Below are positions 1 through 9,463 of a stretch of DNA of 24,000 nt, piece after piece. The translations under genes were made by a program, and so were the position numbers. The notes beneath the pieces are model-generated. The model was given only the letters and a program-made list of their open reading frames with translations, did no database searches and had not been told where the DNA came from. This DNA comes from Dethiosulfatarculus sandiegensis (GTDB lineage Bacteria > Desulfobacterota > Desulfarculia > Desulfarculales > Desulfarculaceae), in the NCBI RefSeq assembly GCF_000931935.2, contig NZ_AZAC01000027.1, positions 7,194 through 31,193 on the forward strand, read 5' to 3'. The stretch's first letter is position 1, and the number at the start of each line of letters is the position of its first letter.

Positions 1-691
1 TAAAAACGACAAAGTCATTGGCAGCCCGGCAATTGATATTTCTAGAATATATTCCATTAAAAAATTGGAGGCCATGTACATTCAAAGTCACCATGTTGAG
101 GAATTCAAGCAATTCATCCATGCTATATTGTTGCGGTAATCTCCGTTGGTTCCAGTTGCCTTGTAACAGAGTCACCTGGGTTCCGATCCCGGCGTCCCGC
201 AATATCTGCATGTTGTTTTTAATGGTTGTTATTTCCTCCGGGGCTCCTACGTATTTTACAAAATTGGGGATGCCTTTCTGTTTTAACAGGGCAACCCGCT
301 GCATAATATAATCCAGTTTGATGCCGGTTAAAAAGTGATGGCTTATATTTACGAACCCCAAATGGTCGGGATTCCAGGTATTCAGCATCTTCTCCAGCTT
401 GGCCATGGGTATGCAAATATTGGTATCCAGCGAAAAAATATGACCATATCTCCCGCCATAGCTGATCACGTCTTCTAAACCGGGATGCACCAGAGGTTCT
501 CCACCGCTTAAATAGAAATGAGTGGGCGGAATTTGTTCCAGCAGTGAATAGAGGTTCTTATCCTGATATAGATTGTCGCCTATTTGATCTGTCCGGTTGG
601 TTCTCTGCGTACAATAGGGACAGCTGAGATTGCAATAAACTGATCCAAATAAATGCATCCACGGCATTTGGGCTATTTTTCTGAATTTCAT
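1..691 (-). CDS. Radical SAM protein, N-terminal ~230 aa (gene continues beyond the left edge of the window)
   Basis: Absent from the ORF track because no stop lies inside the window. Manual minus-strand translation from ATG (691-689) stays open to position 2: MKFRKIAQMPWMHLFGSVYCNLSCPYCTQRT...FYLSGGEPLVHPGL...NINCRAANDFVVF. CNLSCPYC is a Cx3Cx2C radical-SAM cluster motif and SGGEP is the SAM-binding glycine motif. An AAAGGAG Shine-Dalgarno sits about 8 nt upstream of the ATG. Confidence 0.8.
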   Translation of the reverse strand, partial: MKFRKIAQMPWMHLFGSVYCNLSCPYCTQRTNRTDQIGDNLYQDKNLYSLLEQIPPTHFYLSGGEPLVHPGLEDVISYGGRYGHIFSLDTNICIPMAKLEKMLNTWNPDHLGFVNISHHFLTGIKLDYIMQRVALLKQKGIPNFVKYVGAPEEITTIKNNMQILRDAGIGTQVTLLQGNWNQRRLPQQYSMDELLEFLNMVTLNVHGLQFFNGIYSRNINCRAANDFVVF

Positions 692-747
692 TTCGGACCA
701 CTCCTTTAATATTCATAAAACGCGGTAACAACAAAAAACACGGGCTA

Positions 748-1572
748 TCAGATGGAGTTCCGAACAGCCTCAACACACAAATGCCATCCCAGACGCTCTT
801 CCAAGCACCTGAATACACCATCCGGCAGGAGCCTGAAATACCAAACCTTTTTATACTCACCGCGTTTATATTCCGGGATCGAATATGGGAATATATGCTC
901 TACTTTGGCCTCTTTAATGTTGAAACCGTTCAGTAGGGTTTTTATGGTGGTTTTTGAATAGGAATAGGTGACAGGGCAGCCGGTTTGTGCTTCGGAATAC
1001 CTGGCTATGAGTTCATCTAATTTCCAATACTCACCCTTGCCGTATTTAATCAAAATCCAAAGGACCTTCCAAGAAAGCCGGTTATAAACCATGATTTTGA
1101 AAGTGCCATTTTCGCTTAAATATTTTTTAATCTGCCGGATAACATTTTCCGGGTGTGGGGTGTGATGAATTACCCCGAACGAGTAGACCAGGTCGTACTC
1201 CTCCACTGGGACAACATTGCTGAGCTGTTCTGCATCGGCCTGATAAAATTTTATATCCAGGCCCAAAACTTCGGCGCGTTTTCTGGCGAGAGACAGGGAT
1301 TCTTCTGATAAATCGACCGCCGTAACCTTGGCCCCGGCCCGGGCGAAGTTCATAGTGTCTGTGCCTATGCCGCAGCCGATCTCCAGCACCTTTTTGCCTT
1401 TCCAGCGCTTAAACTCGGCGAATTCGGGGATGTGAGGCTCGACAAAATATTTTTTAGCCTCCACTTCATTGAAATATTTCAAAGTGCCCACCGGGCTGGG
1501 GGAGTGCCGGATATTACAGGGGCGCGCGTTCCAATAGGTTTTGACCTGTTCCAAAGTTACTTCATTGAACAT
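748..1572 (-). CDS. Class I SAM-dependent methyltransferase
   Basis: 274-aa ORF. Motif I VLEIGCGIGTDT is followed by the acidic residue in VTAVDLSE, with a typical Rossmann-fold methyltransferase layout. GGAGAG SD lies 5 nt before the ATG. The start overlaps the upstream dehydrogenase stop by 16 nt, consistent with operon coupling. Confidence 0.85.
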   Translation of the reverse strand: MFNEVTLEQVKTYWNARPCNIRHSPSPVGTLKYFNEVEAKKYFVEPHIPEFAEFKRWKGKKVLEIGCGIGTDTMNFARAGAKVTAVDLSEESLSLARKRAEVLGLDIKFYQADAEQLSNVVPVEEYDLVYSFGVIHHTPHPENVIRQIKKYLSENGTFKIMVYNRLSWKVLWILIKYGKGEYWKLDELIARYSEAQTGCPVTYSYSKTTIKTLLNGFNIKEAKVEHIFPYSIPEYKRGEYKKVWYFRLLPDGVFRCLEERLGWHLCVEAVRNSI

Positions 1573-2954
1573 GGCGACTCTCCATTTTTATCCTGGCTGC
1601 AATCGGCGGCAGGTCCTATTCCCCACGCCTGGTAGCTGAATCCCCTTGGGGGCGAACTGCGCATAGCCCGCCAGCAATCCAACAATAAAGGCCTCTCCCG
1701 GCTTAAGTCCGCAGCCCGCTCCCAATCAAGTTTGGTGAATTCCGGCCAGTTGGTGGCCAAGATGACAGCCGAGGCCTTTTTAAAGCAATCCATGGGATCA
1801 GGGCAGAAGTCCATGCCGGGTGTCAAGACTTTGGCGGCTTCATCAAGAGCCATGGGATCATGGACCGCGACATCATAGCCCAGTTCACTAAGTCTATTCG
1901 CAATATCAATAGATTGTGACCTTTCAACTATCTGGGTCTGCGGTTTGTATGAAAGGCCCAGTATGGCCACACGCTCACCCGGTGCTACTTTTTGTTTGAT
2001 AATGTCGCTCAGCTCGTCAACCACGGAATTATTCGCCGCGACCACGCTGGTGCTGATGCTCAGTTTTTTTTGGAATTCATTGGCTGATTTTTGAAAGGCC
2101 AGATTATCACGAGGAAAACAAGGCCCCCCGAAGCCCAAGCCACCGGAAATGTATTTATTTCCTATCCTGGTGTCGGCTCCCAAGGCATCCGTGATGGTGT
2201 CAATGTCCGCTCCCGGTATGGCCGAACACAAGGCGGACAGCTCGTTGGCAAACGATATTTTCATGGTGACAAAGCAATTGAGGCTCAACTTGCTAATCTC
2301 TGCGTTTATAAGCGACATACAGGCGATTTTGGGGTTGGAGCGGCAAGTGCGTTCATATACCTGGGAAACCATGTGTCCGCTGACCTGGTCTGAGCAGCCG
2401 ATAAGCACCAAATCCGGGTTGAGGAAGTTTTGGATAACCGAACCAAGAGCAATGAACTCCGGATTGTAGGCCAAACCAAAACCCTGTCCGCATTTTTTGC
2501 CGGACAGATTTTCGAGAAGAGGCAGAAAGCTGCTTTCGCTGGATCCCGGCATGACAGTGGAAATTACATCCACTACCTTGTAATCATAGTTTTGTTTAAG
2601 AGCCGGTCCGATTTCGGCAAGCACCTTTTCAATAAATGAGTTGTCAAAACGGCCATCAGGTCCGCTGGGTGTTGGTACGATTATGAAAATGACCTGTGCA
2701 TTGTTAACGGCTTGTTCTGTGCTGGCAGCCAGGCGTAAATTGGGCCAGGCCTCAGGCATCAGCTTTTCTAAGTCTGTTTCCCGAATCGGCAAACGTCTTG
2801 AAGCAAGCTCCTGCATCACTTCCGCATTGGCGTCGTAGCCCCAGACTTCAAATCCGGCCCCGGCAAAGCAGGCCGCTGTGCACAGCCCCAATTTGCCCAA
2901 ACCAATAACCGACACCCTTTGAATTGTTGGGAAATCCGATTGATTTTCTGACAT
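1557..2954 (-). CDS. Nucleotide-sugar dehydrogenase (UDP-glucose/GDP-mannose dehydrogenase family)
   Basis: N-terminal NAD fold VSVIGLGKLGLCTAACFAGAGFEV. Catalytic-cysteine motif GLGFGGPCFPRDN. Length is about 465 aa. I prefer the ATG at 2954 (MSENQSD..., AGAGGA SD 9 nt upstream) over the track start at 2975. Confidence 0.85.
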   Translation of the reverse strand: MSENQSDFPTIQRVSVIGLGKLGLCTAACFAGAGFEVWGYDANAEVMQELASRRLPIRETDLEKLMPEAWPNLRLAASTEQAVNNAQVIFIIVPTPSGPDGRFDNSFIEKVLAEIGPALKQNYDYKVVDVISTVMPGSSESSFLPLLENLSGKKCGQGFGLAYNPEFIALGSVIQNFLNPDLVLIGCSDQVSGHMVSQVYERTCRSNPKIACMSLINAEISKLSLNCFVTMKISFANELSALCSAIPGADIDTITDALGADTRIGNKYISGGLGFGGPCFPRDNLAFQKSANEFQKKLSISTSVVAANNSVVDELSDIIKQKVAPGERVAILGLSYKPQTQIVERSQSIDIANRLSELGYDVAVHDPMALDEAAKVLTPGMDFCPDPMDCFKKASAVILATNWPEFTKLDWERAADLSRERPLLLDCWRAMRSSPPRGFSYQAWGIGPAADCSQDKNGESPCSMK

Positions 2955-3474
2955 TATCTTAAGTCCTCTGAACACCGGTTAATCAACATGAAGCACGAGC
3001 CGTTTTTTGTCTTTTTTATGGAGCCGGTTGGCACAAGAGTTTAATGAGCGTATGTATTGCCCTTTTGTATTCCATAAAGACCCTTTGGGTTTACTATCCA
3101 AAATCCCCCATCTTTCATCGATGCTTAGGCCGGATGGGTTTATATGAAAAACTACATTGGCCGACCTTCTGTTCATTGCTGGCACATGTTAAATATTTAT
3201 GGTGCTTATTACTCATGGGAAGTTTAGAAGTATTAACGGAAACTTCCGGCTAAGTAGATAACTTTTTAAATATATCCAATGCCTTAAGATGATTGGATGA
3301 AGCCTTGTTGTTTGGTGGGCAGTTTTCGCTCTCTCCTGTTTAACGCCAACAGCCAATCTCTTATAATGTGTTTCATGAATAATGGTGTTCTTTTTTATAA
3401 GGAGCCTTTTGTTCCACTCCTGTTGCAGCCATGCTTTTTTCAGGTTTTAAATCAGATATAACCATTTGATTTGA

Positions 3475-4716
3475 CTATATGAACTTGTAAGTCATCGCAT
3501 CATTTAAAATGACCTGCTCATAAATTTCGTTATGGGGCTGATAAGTGCAGCGGGGGCATTCGCTGGCCACATCGATTTGGTCATGGATCGCCCAGTGATT
3601 AGAGCTGCCCCACCATTTTTTGATCTTTTCAAAATCATCTTCGTTTTTAATCAGCTCCAGTTTTTCCGACCCCCGCCTGTCGCAACAAAGGCCCATGGTA
3701 AAGGCATCGTCAGCCTTGCAATCATCACTGGGCGGCATGAAAACCGCTGTCATAAAAATTGCGTAGCAATTGGAAAAATAGTTCGCGATAGAGAACTGGG
3801 AGTTGAACTTGTGAGTGATGCCGTAAACGCCAAAAGTATCGTCATCCAACTCCTGGGCCATGGCGACCTGTTCTTTAAAGTGCTCAATATCCTGTTTGCT
3901 GAAATTGATCTCATCGGCGGTGCCGATTTTATCCCAGGTTGTGCCGGCAGGCCTGAAATGTATGTTGCGGCAGCCTATATCTTTAGCCAGTTTTGCGGCC
4001 TGGTATATCTCACCGATATTTTTTTTGTTATATAAAAGGTACTTATAACTTACCCCATAGGCGGGGTGGGGCTTGCCCAAGGTAGTGAAGTGACGCTTGG
4101 AATAGTCGACCAGCACCGAAATATTATGGATTATTTTTTCGAAAGCCCCGGAATTCTTTGGCAGGCCCTTAAGGGTGCTGAAAGTGCCTGGTGATCCGGC
4201 ATCCACCGAAACTCCCACCCAGGTGCATTGAGAAAGGCTGTCAATTGCCGAGCTGATGTTTAAGCCGTTTGTGACTATGCCAACCTGGATATCGTTTGCC
4301 ACCAGGCGGTCAATGAACTGTGGTGTGCCCGGGTTAAGAAGAGGCTCGCCGCCGCCGGCAATACAGACAGCCTCTACTCCATAACCGTTTGGGTCATTTC
4401 TATGACGCCAACCGCCCAGAAAGTCTGCCAGGTTGTTCATGGCTTGCGCTGATAACGAATTGTGCCTGATCTTGCGGATATATTCCGCGTTGCACCACAC
4501 ACATTTCAGGTTGCAGACATTAGTGGGATCGACAGTAACCAGCACAGGAGGTGGAACTTCGCGATTTCGCTTGATTTCCGCCCACCTTGTAACATGACTC
4601 AACAACTTGTGGCTGTTAAATGGATTCCAGCGTTTTGCCGGGGTCCATTCCAGTTGCTTGGAGGGAGTCTTTTCTTTAGCTTTTTTGGGCTCTGCCAAAG
4701 TCAGGGCGGCTTCCAT
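3475..4716 (-). CDS. Radical SAM protein with a Cys-rich C-terminal region, specific function unknown
   Basis: 413-aa ORF. DPTNVCNLKCVWCN is a Cx3Cx2C motif and CIAGGGEPLLNP is the SAM-binding motif. The C-terminal part carries additional cysteines (GLCCDRRG, ECPRCTYQPH). GAGGAG SD precedes the ATG, and a sigma-54 promoter lies about 70 nt upstream. Confidence 0.85.
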   Translation of the reverse strand: MEAALTLAEPKKAKEKTPSKQLEWTPAKRWNPFNSHKLLSHVTRWAEIKRNREVPPPVLVTVDPTNVCNLKCVWCNAEYIRKIRHNSLSAQAMNNLADFLGGWRHRNDPNGYGVEAVCIAGGGEPLLNPGTPQFIDRLVANDIQVGIVTNGLNISSAIDSLSQCTWVGVSVDAGSPGTFSTLKGLPKNSGAFEKIIHNISVLVDYSKRHFTTLGKPHPAYGVSYKYLLYNKKNIGEIYQAAKLAKDIGCRNIHFRPAGTTWDKIGTADEINFSKQDIEHFKEQVAMAQELDDDTFGVYGITHKFNSQFSIANYFSNCYAIFMTAVFMPPSDDCKADDAFTMGLCCDRRGSEKLELIKNEDDFEKIKKWWGSSNHWAIHDQIDVASECPRCTYQPHNEIYEQVILNDAMTYKFI

Positions 4717-4784
4717 CGGGCTTCTCCTCTTATCTTTAGGTCCCGCCTGTTGGGTGTAATCCGGGTTTATCTGGCGTATTTTAA

Positions 4785-4800
4785 AGCAACTTGCATGCCA
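4785..4800 (-). promoter_or_regulatory. Sigma-54 (RpoN) -24/-12 promoter for the radical-SAM operon
   Basis: The minus strand reads T-TGGCATGCAAGTTGCT. This matches the consensus YTGGCACG-N4-TTGCW at the invariant GG and GC with exact spacing. It lies about 70 nt upstream of the ATG at 4716 and faces it. Confidence 0.75.
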
Positions 4801-5436
4801 ATAAGATGAAGTTGATGGCTTGTTATTTGTATGATCCTTTAGGGGATGTATTAGGGGGACAAGGCCACAATCAATACTTGTAAGGTTAAGCAGCTTAGAT
4901 TACGCACTAATTAAGATGGTGAATTAAAAACTGAGTGAGCATGAACCGGTGCTCGCTTCTAAAATAGACGGAACAAGCAAAACATGCAGAATTGTTTAAA
5001 GGGGAATTTTTTTCCGGAGCTCATATCGAATTGTTTGGGAAGTGTCAAAGATTGTACTATCCTTGGTGAATGACTCGTGAATACCGGATCTGCCACGCAT
5101 GCTGAATATTGTTCGAATCATTGAGTTTGTTTTGGGTCTGCCATCTTGCCCCAAATTTTGATAACTCGATAAAAGGATTGGGTTTAATTACGGTTTTTTA
5201 TCTTAATATTCATCCCCGGTTTTTGTGGGGTCAGCCGCTGGCCGGAGAGGATTTAGTCAATTGTCAGGCGCAGTAAAGATTCCCCAAAAGCATCTGGGCT
5301 GAGAACAAACCTTTAAGGCCGGATTGTTCAATTCAGACCGGCGCGCCTTTGCTCTGGCCGATTTGTGAGGCGGTGATATCCCGATGTGTCCGGGCCCGAA
5401 TAACGGGTCGGTATCTTTTAGGGCATCCTCCCATGG

Positions 5437-6612
5437 TCAGGGGCTGGCGGGGCCTTGGCGCTTGGCATTTTGGGGGGGCCACTCCCGGGAGTCCGGCATT
5501 GGTGGTTTTTGCTCGGGGTCTGCGAATCGGTTGGCGATGGCTTGGAACTCATTCTGAACGGCCAGAAAGGCCTCCACCAGAACAGGGTCAAAGTGGGACC
5601 CGATTTGTTGGGTGATGATATCCGCTGCCTGGTCGTGAGTGCTCGGCTGCTTGTAGGCCCGTTTGGAGATCAAGGCGTCGTATACGTCTGCCAAGGCCAT
5701 GATGCGACCGGATAGGGGGATCTCCTCACCGGCCAGTCCCCGGGGGTAACCGCTTCCGTCCCATCTTTCGTGATGGGTATGGGCGATGTCTTTGGCATGC
5801 ACTAAAAATGAGGGGATGTTCTTGTCCAGAAACAGTTTTTCGCTGTTCTCCAGGGTTCGGCGCCCCAGTTCGCAGTGGCCTTGCATGATCGCGAATTCCC
5901 GCTGGGTCAGCGGGCCCGGCTTGAACAGTATGGCGTCCGGCACGCCCACCTTGCCGATGTCGTGCAAAGGGGCTGATTTGAAAAAGAGTCGGATCATATC
6001 CAGGTCCAGCTGGCCGGTGTAAGGCGAATTGCTTAAGAGCCGCTTGGCCAGGGTGTCCACATAGAACTGAGTGCGCAGAATATGCCCGCCGGTCTCGTCG
6101 TCCCTGGTCTCGCACAGTGTGGTCAGGCTGTGGATGATCACATCCTGGGTGAGCAAGAGCTCCCGGGTCCGCTCCTGCACTTTTTCCTCCAGGATCTCGT
6201 TTTGTTGCTTTTGTTCGCGGCTGGCCAGCACCAGGGATAGGTGAGTCTTGAGGCGGGCCTGCACCTCCAACACTTCAAAGGGTTTGGTGATATAGTCCAC
6301 CGCCCCGAGTTTAAACCCCCTGGTTTTGTCCCCGACCTCACTCATGGCGGTCAGGAATATAACCGGAATTCCGGCTGTGGTCGCTTCAGCTTTGAGCCGT
6401 CGGCAGACCTCGTAGCCATCCAGCCCGGGCATGAGAATGTCCAAAAGGATCAAATCCGGTGGTGATTCATAAATCGCCTCCAGGGCTGCATGCCCGTCCA
6501 TGGCCACCGAGACATCATAATCATCGCCCAGCGCATCCACCATTATGTCCACATTGGCCTCGCTGTCATCCACAACCAGCACTTTACAACCCCTTAGATC
6601 CTTGATTGGCAT
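5437..6612 (-). CDS. Response regulator with HD-GYP output domain (RpfG-type, predicted c-di-GMP phosphodiesterase)
   Basis: N-terminal receiver: KVLVVDDSEAN...DLILLDILMPGLDGYEV...TAMSE...K. C-terminal HD-GYP: LHDIGKVGVPDAIL...GHCELG...HHERWDGSGYPRGL. GAAGGAA SD lies 7 nt before the ATG. The gap to the kinase stop is 4 nt. Confidence 0.9.
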   Translation of the reverse strand: MPIKDLRGCKVLVVDDSEANVDIMVDALGDDYDVSVAMDGHAALEAIYESPPDLILLDILMPGLDGYEVCRRLKAEATTAGIPVIFLTAMSEVGDKTRGFKLGAVDYITKPFEVLEVQARLKTHLSLVLASREQKQQNEILEEKVQERTRELLLTQDVIIHSLTTLCETRDDETGGHILRTQFYVDTLAKRLLSNSPYTGQLDLDMIRLFFKSAPLHDIGKVGVPDAILFKPGPLTQREFAIMQGHCELGRRTLENSEKLFLDKNIPSFLVHAKDIAHTHHERWDGSGYPRGLAGEEIPLSGRIMALADVYDALISKRAYKQPSTHDQAADIITQQIGSHFDPVLVEAFLAVQNEFQAIANRFADPEQKPPMPDSREWPPQNAKRQGPASP

Positions 6613-6616
6613 ATTG

Positions 6617-9460
6617 TTATTCCTTCAATTTTTCCAGAAGCGCTTCGGCCAGGGGCAGGGCCTTTTTGAACTTGTATTTACCTATGAACTTGCCCAGGTC
6701 GGAGAACTCAACACAGTGCTCCGGCGACCATCCCATTTCCTTGAGTCGGTCGAAACTCTCCTTGCAGGGTTTGGGTTTTTTGGCCCGCAGATGGGGCAGC
6801 ATCTCCTCCAGGGCGGTGGCCAATTCCGCAGGCGATGCCGCCGCCTCGTCGGTTGCCGGTGCGGCCTGCGCGGCCTCGTTCGCTCCCAATGGACCCAGCG
6901 CTTGCACCAGGGCCTCCAACTCGGTGCCGAAGGTCTTCAGCAAAGAGGGCAGAGTGGCCTTTTGTCCCTCTTTCACCGCCGATTCAATTGTCGCGGCCAC
7001 ACATTGCAACTGCTTCGCGCCCACGTTTCCTGCCACACCCTTGATGCTGTGAGCCAAGCGTTCGGCCTCGGCCATCTTTCCCCTCTCAACCATGCAGGCG
7101 ATCTCTCCCCTGGCTCCGGCGTATTCCTCACGAAATTTAACCAGGAGCTTGCGGTAGAGTTTTTCGTTTCCGCATACACGGTTAAGCCCTTCTTTCATAT
7201 CCACGCCTGCAATGGCCTCGGGCAGGCCGGCTTCCGTCTCCTCCTGCGGGGTAGTGTCCCGGGTTGCCTGGGCCGCTCCGGGCGTAAAACCGCGCACCCC
7301 GGGTTTTATCCATCTCACCAGGGTGGAAAAAAGCTGCCCCACGTCGATGGGCTTGGCCACGTGGTCGTTCATACCGGCCTCCAGCGCTTTTTCGCGGTCG
7401 CCTGCCATTGCGTTGGCGGTCATGGCGATTATGGGCAGATCCGTGAATTGTTCATCCGCCCTTATGGCCCTGCTGGCGGTGTAGCCGTCCATCACCGGCA
7501 TCTGAACGTCCATTAAAACCGCATGGTAGTCACTGGTCTTTATCGCCTCCAGTCCTTCCTGGCCGTTGTTGGCGATATCCACCCGCACTCCGGCCCCCTC
7601 CAGTATCTCCCTGGCCACCTGCTGGTTGATTTCATTGTCCTCCACTAAAAGCAGGTTGGCTCCGCGGATAGGATCAATTAATTCGGCGATTTTTTCTTTC
7701 CCGGTGGAGCGGCGGCGTCTGGTCACAGTCTTTCCAAAGGCATTCATAATGGCGTCGAAGAGAGACGAGGGGCTAACCGGTTTGATCAACAACCCGTCCA
7801 GCCCGTTTTTTTCCATGGCTCTTGCCGCCTCCTCATGGTCATAAGCCGTAACTAATATGATCTTGGGCGGATTTTCAGGGTCTGCGGCTCTATACAGCAT
7901 CTCAGCCGTTTGAATTCCGTCCTTACCGGGCATCTTCCAGTCCAGAAGGATCAAATCAAAGGGGTGGTCGGTCAGGGCGGCTTTAAAGACCTCCAGGGCC
8001 TTGTCACCACTGGGGGCGTCTTCTACGTCCAAGGAAAACTCAGCCAGCATTTCTTCGAAAATCTTACGGGCGGTTTTGTTGTCATCCACCACCAGGGCCC
8101 GCATGCCGGTTAAATCCTGGGACAGCTTAAGGGGCTTTTCTTCCTTTTGTTCGCTTAAATTGAACTGGGCCGTAAATATAAAAGAGCTGCCGATCCCGAC
8201 CTCGCTCTCCACCCAAATTTCGCCGTTCATCATCTCCACCAGCCTTTTGCTGATGGTCAGCCCCAGGCCGGTGCCGCCGTATTTGCGAGTGGTCGAGCTG
8301 TCGGCTTGGGTGAACGCCTTGAACAGCTTTGCGCTTTGCTCGGGAGTCATGCCTATTCCAGAATCACGCACCGTAAACTTCAGGTCCGCCTTTCCCGTTT
8401 TTTGTTTTACTAAGTCGGTGGATACAACAATTTCCCCACGTTCGGTGAATTTCACTGCATTGTTGCCCAGGTTCACCAGTATTTGGCTGAGGCGCAAGGG
8501 ATCTCCCACCAGGTAATGCGGCACGTCGGCGCCCCAGTGAAAAAGGACTTCCAGGTCATCTTTTTCCTGGGCTTTCACTGTGATCATATTCGCCACGTTT
8601 TCCAGGGTCTCGTTCAGGTCGAAATCCACCTGTTCCATATCCATTTTGCCGGCTTCGATCTTGGAGAAATCTAAAATGTCGTTGATCAGGCCCAACAGCG
8701 ATTTGGCGGAAACATCTATTTTTCGTAGGTAATCAATTTGCTTAGGGGTTAGATCTGTCTTGAGTGCCAGATGGGCCATTCCGATTATGGCGTTCATGGG
8801 TGTTCTGATTTCATGGCTCATATTGGCCAGGAAATCGCCTTTTGCCTTGGTGGCAGTCTGGGCGTCCCGCTTGGCCTTTTCCAGGTCTTCCAATAGATTC
8901 AACATGGCCCGCCGGGAACTGGCCAGTTCCTTTACCTGGATCTCGAGAGCCTCGCTGTTTCTTTCCGCCTCTTCCTTGGCAAGGCGGATTTCTTCTGCGG
9001 AAACCTCCAGTTCCTCGGTCTGCCTTTGCAGATCACGGAGCATTTCTTCCCTGGAGGGCTGGGCGAGCATTTTTTTCTGCTCTGTCAGGAAATTCGGTTC
9101 AAAATCCATTTGATCGTGACTAAATGATTTGAAAGCCCAGACAGTGGTGTCCCCATGCTCCGTATGCACCGTCTGTAATGAATCAAAGAAACGGCCGACC
9201 GTAAACGGCGGCTCGACCATGTAGCCATATTGAAAACCAAGCCCCAAGCCTGACAGCCCTTGGCTGTCGTTGAGGCTCACGTTGACTTCCACCTTTTGGT
9301 TTTGCTTGCTTCCGGCCCGGGCCATTTCGGAAAAAATGCTGGCCAGTCTGGTTGATTGCAGTGCTCCATATCCGATCGCTTCTGCCAAACGCAGAATTTT
9401 ACCCCTGGCATCTTTTAAGGATTCCGCAGTGGAAATATGCAAAAGACCAAGCTCGGTCAT
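6617..9460 (-). CDS. Cytoplasmic hybrid sensor histidine kinase: unassigned N-terminal domain, coiled coil, HisKA, HATPase, two REC domains, Hpt
   Basis: 947 aa with no hydrophobic TM segment. H-box [21 protein letters not shown] boxes [26 protein letters not shown]. Two receivers (ALVVDDNK...[12 protein letters not shown] and [11 protein letters not shown]...[12 protein letters not shown]). C-terminal Hpt motif [12 protein letters not shown]. The gap to the rsbX-like stop is 3 nt. Confidence 0.9.
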   Translation of the reverse strand: MTELGLLHISTAESLKDARGKILRLAEAIGYGALQSTRLASIFSEMARAGSKQNQKVEVNVSLNDSQGLSGLGLGFQYGYMVEPPFTVGRFFDSLQTVHTEHGDTTVWAFKSFSHDQMDFEPNFLTEQKKMLAQPSREEMLRDLQRQTEELEVSAEEIRLAKEEAERNSEALEIQVKELASSRRAMLNLLEDLEKAKRDAQTATKAKGDFLANMSHEIRTPMNAIIGMAHLALKTDLTPKQIDYLRKIDVSAKSLLGLINDILDFSKIEAGKMDMEQVDFDLNETLENVANMITVKAQEKDDLEVLFHWGADVPHYLVGDPLRLSQILVNLGNNAVKFTERGEIVVSTDLVKQKTGKADLKFTVRDSGIGMTPEQSAKLFKAFTQADSSTTRKYGGTGLGLTISKRLVEMMNGEIWVESEVGIGSSFIFTAQFNLSEQKEEKPLKLSQDLTGMRALVVDDNKTARKIFEEMLAEFSLDVEDAPSGDKALEVFKAALTDHPFDLILLDWKMPGKDGIQTAEMLYRAADPENPPKIILVTAYDHEEAARAMEKNGLDGLLIKPVSPSSLFDAIMNAFGKTVTRRRRSTGKEKIAELIDPIRGANLLLVEDNEINQQVAREILEGAGVRVDIANNGQEGLEAIKTSDYHAVLMDVQMPVMDGYTASRAIRADEQFTDLPIIAMTANAMAGDREKALEAGMNDHVAKPIDVGQLFSTLVRWIKPGVRGFTPGAAQATRDTTPQEETEAGLPEAIAGVDMKEGLNRVCGNEKLYRKLLVKFREEYAGARGEIACMVERGKMAEAERLAHSIKGVAGNVGAKQLQCVAATIESAVKEGQKATLPSLLKTFGTELEALVQALGPLGANEAAQAAPATDEAAASPAELATALEEMLPHLRAKKPKPCKESFDRLKEMGWSPEHCVEFSDLGKFIGKYKFKKALPLAEALLEKLKE

Positions 9461-9463
9461 TTT

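Noticed and set aside
558-961. ORFs 558-860 (minus, 100 aa) and 752-961 (plus, 69 aa)
   Set aside because: They overlap the methyltransferase gene and the radical-SAM start in wrong frames. The true minus-strand gene left of 691 is the untracked radical-SAM ORF.
3029-3195. Two plus-strand TGGCAC motifs (3029-3034 and 3180-3185) that look like sigma-54 -24 boxes
   Set aside because: The corresponding -12 positions read TTTAA and AAATA, with no GC dinucleotide. There is also no plus-strand gene downstream.
3290-3440. Small ORFs downstream of the 413-aa radical-SAM gene (MAATGVEQKAPYKKEHHYS and MKHIIRDWLLALNRRERKLPTKQQGFIQSS), considered as RiPP precursor peptides
   Set aside because: They have no Shine-Dalgarno and no Cys/Gly-rich core or leader-like motif. 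The surrounding frames look like a broken larger gene. The radical-SAM protein also lacks an obvious RiPP-recognition element that I can see.
5111-5119. GTTCGAATC, resembling a tRNA T-loop
   Set aside because: The flanking sequence cannot be folded into acceptor, D and anticodon arms. It is an isolated match.
6545-7516. 323-aa ORF on the plus strand, plus several other 60-150-aa ORFs opposite the hybrid kinase and HD-GYP genes (for example 5726-6115, 6606-7052, 8001-8516, 8760-9113)
   Set aside because: They lie entirely antisense to, or in alternative frames of, genes with unmistakable domain motifs. Their translations are Arg/Gly/Leu/Pro-rich low-complexity sequences with no motifs or SD. 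They are typical shadow ORFs of GC-biased coding DNA.
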